UHGV virus genome: UHGV-1374678
Source of the DNA: a virus
Strand: one strand, 5' to 3'
DNA: 64,000 nt
Shown here: piece after piece, positions 57,567 to 64,000 of the stretch
How positions within the stretch are numbered: the first letter of the stretch is position 1
How the letters are laid out: each line of letters opens with the position of its first letter
Made by a program: the position numbers and the translations under genes
The notes under the pieces: generated by a model
Database searches by the model: none
Seen by the model: only the letters and a program-made list of their open reading frames with translations
What the model was told of the DNA's origin: nothing

Positions 57567-58031
57567 ATGAGATTAAATCACGATTATATTAGAAACATTC
57601 TTCTTTTTATAGAAGAGAACTTAAATTATAAAGAATATACTGATATGCCATCATATCATAAAACACCTTCTTTTGCAGAAGTATTATCTGATGAGTATTT
57701 TGTGGACTACAACCAAGAAGAACTTTTGTATGCAATGGAACTTCTAATACGAGAGAAGTATATTCAATGTACAAAAGAGCCATATTTTGTAAATGGTAGT
57801 CTTATGAGCGCAGACATTGTTGGATTGACATGGAACGGATATCAATTTCTTGATAATGTAAGAAACGATACTGTTTGGAATGCAGTAAAAGAAAAAGCAA
57901 AACAATATGGTCAATTTTCAATCAAGACATTAGCATCCGCAGCAGGTTCTTTATCTGTAGCTTTAATGAACGATACAAACGCTATTCAGAATTTTTTACA
58001 AGGTGTTGGTAATATAGTTAAAATTATTTGA
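57567..58031 (+). CDS. DUF2513-like (YjcQ-like) winged-helix protein
   Basis: N-terminal MRLNHDYIRNILLFIEEN; internal DIVGLTWNGYQFLDNVRNDTVW; RBS TGGAGAAATT ATG. Confidence 0.5.
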   Translation: MRLNHDYIRNILLFIEENLNYKEYTDMPSYHKTPSFAEVLSDEYFVDYNQEELLYAMELLIREKYIQCTKEPYFVNGSLMSADIVGLTWNGYQFLDNVRNDTVWNAVKEKAKQYGQFSIKTLASAAGSLSVALMNDTNAIQNFLQGVGNIVKII

Positions 58032-58150
58032 AGTGACTTTACTATTGAAACTAATAATGTAATTACTGAAATAATCATTGACAAGTTTTGGTATTTTTCT
58101 GAAAGCTTCAATAGTGGCATAAAAATTTTATCATTAATAAAATCAGACAT
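57986..58150 (-). CDS. small single-TM protein (54 aa from the internal ATG)
   Basis: RBS GAGGTAATAAC ATG; TM segment LSMIISVITLLVSIVKSLQIILTIL; overlaps the 3' end of the convergent + gene. Confidence 0.35.
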   Translation of the reverse strand: MSDFINDKIFMPLLKLSEKYQNLSMIISVITLLVSIVKSLQIILTILPTPCKKF

Positions 58151-58212
58151 GTTATTACCTCGAAACAAAAGAATGGCATTGTAATAGCTGTGGAAGTGAC
58201 TTTTAAATCAAT

Positions 58213-58238
58213 AAAAGACACCGATTAAGGTGTCTTTT
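58213..58238. terminator. bidirectional rho-independent terminator
   Basis: AAAAGACACC-GATTAA-GGTGTCTTTT with T runs on both strands. Confidence 0.6.
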
Positions 58239-58241
58239 AAT

Positions 58242-59255
58242 TTAATTAGAATATATAGATAACGGTGCAACAATACTACTTACTTTTGATTCTAATACAA
58301 CATTACTTTCTATTACTGCATCTTCAGTTGTCACATCTAATAAGTGTGGTTGACTCATCGTTTTAATCACTTCTATAACATCAAGTATTGGAAATTTTGA
58401 TCTTGAAACTAATTCTTTACAAACCAAACGATCCAAAGGAGAACATAAATTGATTTCCTTTGGCATATTCCCATTTGCGTTGATAAATTGTTTTACAATA
58501 TTCCAACCTTCATAGAAAATCTCCATAAAAGATTCGTCATATGGAACTGGACATACAATTAAATTTTTTGTTTCATGTTGATAAATTTTATCGGATTTCC
58601 CTTGAGCAGAAGGAACTATCCCAAGTCTTAAACCTCTTGCACCTTCTAATTGCTTTGGATTTATTTTAACAGTTGTACCAACCCATTTGTCTACATCTGT
58701 ATTTCCAACAAATAAATCTGCTTTCCATAAACCATTTATGCTACTAGGAAGTTTTTCTCTCTCTTTTGGTTTTCTGAACGATGAAACAACTCCGTTTATA
58801 TGTCTTTTTAATTTTATTGGCTTCCCTTTTTTACCTGTTAACAATATAGAATCATCAGTCAGATGTTCTTTTACACTGTCAATAAACTGTATTGTATTTG
58901 CTTCTTTTTCTACGCCAAACAAAATAGAAGATGGATCGTTCCCTTTTATGTTGCAGAATTTTGAAAGTGCAGAATCTATTCTGTTCAAAACATTTGGATC
59001 TTTTGATATGATTGCATCATGTACCGCATATTCAAAACAAATTCCACAATCTCCATCACCAGGACTGTATAATCTTGTAAATAATTCAAGTGTTATTTTG
59101 TCGTATCCACCGATCTGGTTTATTATGTCTTGTTTTATAGTATGCACCAAACCAGTTAAAATAGGATGAATAACAGAGAATAATGCTTCGTATTCAGAAT
59201 TAACTGCATTTGTTTGAATGCATTTTATTTTTTTAATCATTTTTATTCTCTCCAT
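58242..59255 (-). CDS. 337-aa protein of unknown family (candidate defence / nuclease-like), divergent from the XRE regulator
   Basis: No recognised motif; alone between terminators. Confidence 0.6.
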   Translation of the reverse strand: MERIKMIKKIKCIQTNAVNSEYEALFSVIHPILTGLVHTIKQDIINQIGGYDKITLELFTRLYSPGDGDCGICFEYAVHDAIISKDPNVLNRIDSALSKFCNIKGNDPSSILFGVEKEANTIQFIDSVKEHLTDDSILLTGKKGKPIKLKRHINGVVSSFRKPKEREKLPSSINGLWKADLFVGNTDVDKWVGTTVKINPKQLEGARGLRLGIVPSAQGKSDKIYQHETKNLIVCPVPYDESFMEIFYEGWNIVKQFINANGNMPKEINLCSPLDRLVCKELVSRSKFPILDVIEVIKTMSQPHLLDVTTEDAVIESNVVLESKVSSIVAPLSIYSN

Positions 59256-59355
59256 TTATTTTCTCCTTTTATTATACGACACAATATGACAAAGTACAAT
59301 TCAAAACATATGTTCTAATATATGCTAACAAGTACAAAAGCATCAGATTTTATAT

Positions 59356-59384
59356 TTGACCCAATTCCATTTTCTTCCTATAAT
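59356..59384 (+). promoter_or_regulatory. near-consensus sigma70 promoter (TTGACC-17-TATAAT) for the XRE gene
   Basis: Read directly from the sequence; 38 nt upstream of ATG 59422. Confidence 0.5.
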
Positions 59385-59421
59385 AATACACATCATCTTT
59401 TTTACTCGGAGGGTGCAATAC

Positions 59422-59628
59422 ATGAATTATTTTTCAGAAAACCTTTTATATTATAGGAAGAAACGTGGAATGACACAAAATGATATTGCCAGAAAAGTAT
59501 TTGTTAAGCATCAGACAATCTCAAATTATGAAAAGAACACAAGAACCTGTGATTTGAACACACTTGTTTTACTTTCCAATGCTCTTGATATCACACTGGA
59601 TGAATTGATTAAAAATCCACATCCATAA
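59422..59628 (+). CDS. XRE-family HTH transcriptional regulator
   Basis: GMTQNDIARKVFVKHQTISNYEKN...; RBS GGAGGGTGCAATAC ATG. Confidence 0.7.
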   Translation: MNYFSENLLYYRKKRGMTQNDIARKVFVKHQTISNYEKNTRTCDLNTLVLLSNALDITLDELIKNPHP

Positions 59629-59642
59629 TACTTAGTTGTATG

Positions 59643-59822
59643 TAGGAATACCAACAAACACAAGACCTTTTACATTATGAGCATCTATACTTTTACCTGC
59701 TTCTTCATAACTTGTGAATTTTGTTTCCGATACAACCTTGTGATCAAATTTACCTTCTGTATTTTTCGTTACCTGAATTCCAATGACATCTACACCTATA
59801 TTTTTCATCATATCTTTCCTCC
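59643..59822 (-). CDS. small protein (59 aa), co-transcribed downstream of the - strand XRE gene
   Basis: RBS GGAGGAAAGAT ATG placed 4 nt after the HTH gene stop; below the ORF-track size cutoff. Confidence 0.5.
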
Positions 59823-59826
59823 ACTC

Positions 59827-60030
59827 TCAGAGTTTGAATATATCTTCAACAGACACACCAAGAGCATGGGCAAGTTTGATAGCTGTATAAACATGTGGGT
59901 TTTCAAGAGGATTATTTTCTATCAAACTTATTGTAGAATGTGACACATTGCTTTTCATAGCAAGTTGTGTTTGTGACCAATCTTTTTCCCATCTTAATTC
60001 CTGCAATCTGTTACGCATATATTCACACAC
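59827..60030 (-). CDS. XRE-family HTH transcriptional regulator (Cro/cI-like)
   Basis: LRWEKDWSQTQLAMKSNVSHSTISLIENN... Confidence 0.7.
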   Translation of the reverse strand: MCEYMRNRLQELRWEKDWSQTQLAMKSNVSHSTISLIENNPLENPHVYTAIKLAHALGVSVEDIFKL

Positions 60031-60151
60031 CCTTTTATTTTTAGTATGTGTAAATTGAAGCTTCTTCTTTACAAGAAAATAATACCAATAATTTTTGCAT
60101 AGAAGTAGAACAGTTTTTTATGGAAATTACGTAACTTTTTCTATATTCAGT

Positions 60152-60173
60152 TATATACTATATATAGTATATA
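60152..60173. promoter_or_regulatory. perfect 22-bp palindrome TATATACTATATATAGTATATA (operator candidate)
   Basis: Lies in the divergent intergenic region upstream of the - strand XRE gene. Confidence 0.5.
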
Positions 60174-60275
60174 CATTTTCAGATGTGTATGAACTAATGT
60201 TCTGTATTTACCATTTTTAGTGAAAATGATATAATATTTTCTGATAGATAGTTATGATGCAAACCTGTACCATCA

Positions 60276-60617
60276 TTGTATGCGCGCACTATCCATCAAA
60301 AAAACAGGGAGTACCAGTGTAAGACTGATACGGTTCGAAAAATTAAAGAGTGTCTAAAATTCAGGGTGTTCTGCCCATTTTATTCCCTCGTAATTAACAT
60401 TCTTACAGAAGGGAGGGTAGAGTTGAATTTACTAGAATTAATAGTAAACAACTTAGACATTAGTATAATTGCAGCTTGCGTAATGTATTTCATTCACGAA
60501 GCTTTCAAATTTGCAAGTGTTATTGTGATTTCCAAGTCCGATAATCTTACAGATAAGAAAGCTCAAGCAATTGCAAAGATAATGTCATTTAGATTCGACT
60601 TTCGAATCAAAAAATAA
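60276..60617 (+). CDS. small membrane protein; likely true start at TTG 60423 after RBS GGGAGGG (65 aa)
   Basis: TM segment ISIIAACVMYFIHEAFKFASVIVI; the 5' 140 nt of the track ORF looks like a structured leader. Confidence 0.4.
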   Translation: MYARTIHQKNREYQCKTDTVRKIKECLKFRVFCPFYSLVINILTEGRVELNLLELIVNNLDISIIAACVMYFIHEAFKFASVIVISKSDNLTDKKAQAIAKIMSFRFDFRIKK

Positions 60618-61203
60618 TTTCTGAATTTTGTCATTTTTCATTTTTAATTTTTCCTTTAATTCAATTATGCTCCGTGGAGTCCATATCTTCACGGAGTTCT
60701 TTATATTATATTCTCCAATAGGAGATAATATTTGTTTTATGTTTTTTATACTCATTAAGTTTTTGCAAGTCATCAATGAGTTTGTGTGATTTGTGTCAAT
60801 AGGGTAGTAGTAGACTACTTGCATATCCCCTACGACTTCCACAGGCTTTCCCCGTGGTCACGGACTGTATGTTTGAACCAATAGTACAATTACGCCTGTA
60901 CTACGTCATGCCTTGTCAGCCTCTCGCACGATACATGAAACCACACTTTCATTTTTATTGTAACGTGTCGGGACTACCGTTTTCGTATTTCTACTTATTT
61001 CTTCGTGAACATAAGATTTAATCTTACGCTTTTATTGCATCACTCCGATACCATATTTGTATGGCTTACGGCTTCCCCCGAAATTCGGCATATTTTGATT
61101 TTAGTTAAATCAAGGTGGATAGAAGATATGTATGTTCATATTACTTCATATTCTCTCTACGTTAAACATATGGCATTGTTATATGTCCTTATAGAAATAG
61201 GCA

Positions 61204-64000
61204 TTAAAAACTATGACGTTTACCTCCACCTTTACTTTTTAAAGATGCTACAGCAGATATTGTACCTATGATTGCTGGTATTCCACCGAATGTATCAACA
61301 ATTTGTGTTAATACTTTTAAAAATTCATTTGCACCTTCAACAGCAGTTTTAAAAAGATCAGAGCCTAAGAAGCTTGTTGAAAAATCCTGAAACGTACCTT
61401 TGATTTGCTCGATACTATATTCAATACCTTTCTTATAATTTTCCAACTCTTTCTCTGCTGATCCAGATGAATTTTCTGCTGTTTCATAAGCACTCTTAAT
61501 TACGTCTACATTATTAATAGCGGCTGCGAGTGCGTTTGACTGATTCTTACCAGCCAATGTTTCGAGCAAGTCTGCTCGATTAATATCTGAAAGGCTTGAC
61601 CACCTTTCACCGATTCCTACAACAATATCATAGATATCTTTATAGGTATCTTTATCCTGCATGATGTCAAAGCCACCTGTCAGTGCTTTGACTTTTGCTT
61701 GTAATTTTGAGGTTGAGGTTATAAGACCATCTGTGTCCTCGTTCATCTCACTAAGCTCAGACTCTGAACCTCTAAGTCTGGCACTAACCGTTTTCCACAT
61801 ATTACCGACCTTATCTGGATCCTGTAATGTAGTATTGGTTCCAGTAATCAAAGCAATTGACTTTGATAAACTTGTATGACTCGCATTAAATGACGCAGCA
61901 CTTCTCTGTAAAGCGTCACCAATTCCATCACTTCCGATTGCGAAATTATTTGCTACCTCATTAAGTTTATCCACAATCGATTCTGCTTGCGAAGCCTGCA
62001 TATTATAACCCTGAAGGATTGATACAAGACTTTGCGATGCAGTTTCTTGAGTCATGTTATCTCCGACTCGCTGATACAATGTTGTTGCATCAGATGATTT
62101 CTTAGCGTCTTCAAGATTATAACCCAATTTTGACCAGTCAGCAGTACTGCTAATTACGTCACTGACTGTCGCACCATATTTTTGTGCACTTGCAGTTGCT
62201 TCATCCCAGTAATTTTTCAATTCTGTATCAGAAGCATTGCTTACTTTTCTTAATTCAATCTGTGCAGCATTAACTTCCCTTACTGCACTAACAACTTTGG
62301 ATGGGAACTGCATCATTGTATTCTGTAATATATAATACATCCCGGTAAACTGAGCAATCTGTCCAAAAGCACGCTTCATATCTGCCCATGTAGAAGACCC
62401 TGTTAGACCTTGAGATTTAATCTCTGCTTGCAACTGCTTTGCTTGGCGAGCTGCATCAGCCTGATCCCCTTTTGTCTGAGCATTAGCCTTCGCTTGATAA
62501 ATGGATTCCATCCGATCTTTGTATTTTGACCATGCTTTAGTATTGCTGTTCATATAAGCTCGGAACTCATTTGCGTCCTTTTGTGCCTCGCCTTTCCCAA
62601 GCGTTTTAGACTCCACTTGTTTTACTTCTTGCAAAGCATTCTTATACTTAGTTACTGATTTTTCAAGGTTTTCATAAAGAGAAGAAACATGTGACGTATC
62701 TATATTTTCCGCTGTTAATGCACTTGTAATTTCTGTTTGATACGCATTTACTTGCTTTGCCAATGAACGAAGTTTTTCTAAATGGGTGCTCGACTGACCA
62801 GTATATTTACTAAGTTCAGTTTCCATCGTTGTTGTTCTAAGACTGAACTCCCCAGACTCTGCCTTGTCTCTAATGGAAGATAGTTTGGTCAACGCTTCTT
62901 TGCGTTGCTTTACCTCTACCATAACTGCACTTAGTTCTTTATCTACAGACTCTTTGCCAGATGAAGTTAATCCGTCAGTATATTTCCCCTGAATCTTAGT
63001 CAAACTTTCTGACTGAGCCTTTGTCATAAATTCAGAATATTCTTTCTGGAAATTGGCAATCTTTTCCCTTGCTTTATCGAGAGAAGACATATTCAAGGAT
63101 TTTTCCATGGTAGACTCTACAGTACCCATAGAAGCCTCAAAAGCCTTCGTAGCAGCAGTTAAATTATTAAATTCTCTTTCAATTTCTCCTAGGGAAGCAC
63201 CTGTAGAAATCAGGCTTTTAAGACGATTTTGCGAATCAAGAATTTTCTGACTCCAATCTTCTGCATTTGTCAAATCAGAAGATGTTTGTCCAGAATAGTT
63301 AGAAATACGATTTTCTCTTTTTGCTCTCGATGTAGTTATAGCTTCGTCTGTTACCAAAGCTTTTGCTTTTTCTCTAATGGAAGATAATTTGGTGTTTTCA
63401 GCAGCCATCAAAGAGTTCTGTCGTTTTGTGTAAGCATCATGTTCGGCTTTTGCTGACTTGTCCATATCAGCGATCCATTTTTCCTGTTCAGCCTTTTGAG
63501 CTTCGTGATATGCTTTTTGTGTAGCAAGACGATTCTTTTCTGCTTGGTTTTCCTTTGCCTGCTGTCGAGCTTCTACACCCATTTCATAATCAGATTTAGC
63601 ATTTCGATAAATACGTGCTGATCGATTTTCGTATTCGTCGTTATAAAATCCACGATCTTTTGCTTCTTTAAGATATTTTCTTCTGTCGAGAATAGATTTT
63701 TCTAAATCAGCCATTCTTGCTTTTGTCTGTTGATATTCTTCTGGCTTAACATTCCCTTTTGATACCTTCGTCTTTAACTGATAATATTCTGTTATTTCTT
63801 TATTTAAGGCACCGTATTCTTTTTTTAAATTAATAACTTCTTTCTCAGAAGTAGTTACTCCATTAACAGTCTTTATGTTCTTTCCGTTAGAGTATGTTGT
63901 GTCTGTGACAGTTTTATCTCTCCCTTTGGTTATAGTTGTCTTGTCAATATTCTTAGATTGTTTATCTACATTTTTTCCACCTTGATTATTGCCAAAAGCC
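61204..64000 (-). CDS. TP901-type tape-measure N-terminal fragment (5' end beyond window; frame open to the edge)
   Basis: TMP core-like GSDGIGDALQRSAASFN...GTNTTLQDPDKVGNMWKTVSARLRG; hydrophobic C-terminus FGGIPAIIGTISAVASL; long coiled coil. The - strand frame has no stop between 63715 and 64000. Confidence 0.65.
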   Translation of the reverse strand, partial: AFGNNQGGKNVDKQSKNIDKTTITKGRDKTVTDTTYSNGKNIKTVNGVTTSEKEVINLKKEYGALNKEITEYYQLKTKVSKGNVKPEEYQQTKARMADLEKSILDRRKYLKEAKDRGFYNDEYENRSARIYRNAKSDYEMGVEARQQAKENQAEKNRLATQKAYHEAQKAEQEKWIADMDKSAKAEHDAYTKRQNSLMAAENTKLSSIREKAKALVTDEAITTSRAKRENRISNYSGQTSSDLTNAEDWSQKILDSQNRLKSLISTGASLGEIEREFNNLTAATKAFEASMGTVESTMEKSLNMSSLDKAREKIANFQKEYSEFMTKAQSESLTKIQGKYTDGLTSSGKESVDKELSAVMVEVKQRKEALTKLSSIRDKAESGEFSLRTTTMETELSKYTGQSSTHLEKLRSLAKQVNAYQTEITSALTAENIDTSHVSSLYENLEKSVTKYKNALQEVKQVESKTLGKGEAQKDANEFRAYMNSNTKAWSKYKDRMESIYQAKANAQTKGDQADAARQAKQLQAEIKSQGLTGSSTWADMKRAFGQIAQFTGMYYILQNTMMQFPSKVVSAVREVNAAQIELRKVSNASDTELKNYWDEATASAQKYGATVSDVISSTADWSKLGYNLEDAKKSSDATTLYQRVGDNMTQETASQSLVSILQGYNMQASQAESIVDKLNEVANNFAIGSDGIGDALQRSAASFNASHTSLSKSIALITGTNTTLQDPDKVGNMWKTVSARLRGSESELSEMNEDTDGLITSTSKLQAKVKALTGGFDIMQDKDTYKDIYDIVVGIGERWSSLSDINRADLLETLAGKNQSNALAAAINNVDVIKSAYETAENSSGSAEKELENYKKGIEYSIEQIKGTFQDFSTSFLGSDLFKTAVEGANEFLKVLTQIVDTFGGIPAIIGTISAVASLKSKGGGKRHSF

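Noticed and set aside
58687-59169. ORF 58687..59169 + inside the 337-aa gene
   Set aside because: Antisense; no RBS.
59677-59943. ORF 59677..59943 +
   Set aside because: Antisense to the RBS-supported - strand 59-aa gene and HTH gene.
60585-60842. ORF 60585..60842 -
   Set aside because: No RBS; overlaps the hairpin and the 3' end of the + strand gene.
61005-61271. ORF 61005..61271 +
   Set aside because: Overlaps the GC-rich structured segment and the 3' end of the - strand TMP fragment. No RBS.
1-64000. CRISPR arrays and transposases (tnp genes, classical IS ends)
   Set aside because: No regularly spaced repeats and no transposase-like ORFs seen. The mobile elements present are the intein, the putative group I intron and the integrase module.

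Overview
This 64 kb window is low-GC (about 30%) and reads as a temperate tailed phage or prophage of an anaerobic Firmicute. It carries an anaerobic class III ribonucleotide reductase pair NrdD/NrdG and a DnaE-type polymerase. Bases 600-31300 hold + strand early and replication genes. These include a Sak4-like RecA ATPase, a DnaB helicase, a TOPRIM primase, a RecJ-like DHH exonuclease, a DnaE-like Pol III alpha, an ERCC4 nuclease, an HD-domain hydrolase and NAD-dependent ligase LigA. The same block carries a dense nucleotide-metabolism set: FolD, a ThyX-like protein with an atypical active-site motif, a guanylate-kinase-like NMP kinase, an NT5C deoxyribonucleotidase, NrdD with a LAGLIDADG intein, NrdG and dUTPase. 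A tRNA region lies at 1.3-3.0 kb (tRNA-Leu, tRNA-like remnants, a possible iteron stretch), and an excisionase gene closes the block. An attP-like region at 31.3-31.75 kb carries TTGCCCACA repeats. From 31.75 kb to the window end the lysogeny, lysis and tail module runs on the - strand (tyrosine integrase, amidase endolysin, tail fibres, Tal, Dit, tape measure). The most unusual features are in the tail module. A group I-like self-splicing intron of about 1.45 kb, carrying an ORF, sits between the 2191-aa tape-measure ORF and a downstream ORF that has no RBS. Upstream, a roughly 6.7 kb mixed-strand accessory island (54.5-61.2 kb) appears to split the tape-measure gene from a TP901-type N-terminal tape-measure fragment. 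The island is built from cassettes bounded by three diverged copies of the 3' end of a zinc-ribbon gene. It encodes XRE regulators, an HExxH protein, membrane proteins and a 337-aa protein of unknown family. A DUF2829 (Tad2-like) ORF and an early lipoprotein are candidate anti-defence and exclusion genes. All calls rest on reading ORFs and motifs by eye; no searches were run.
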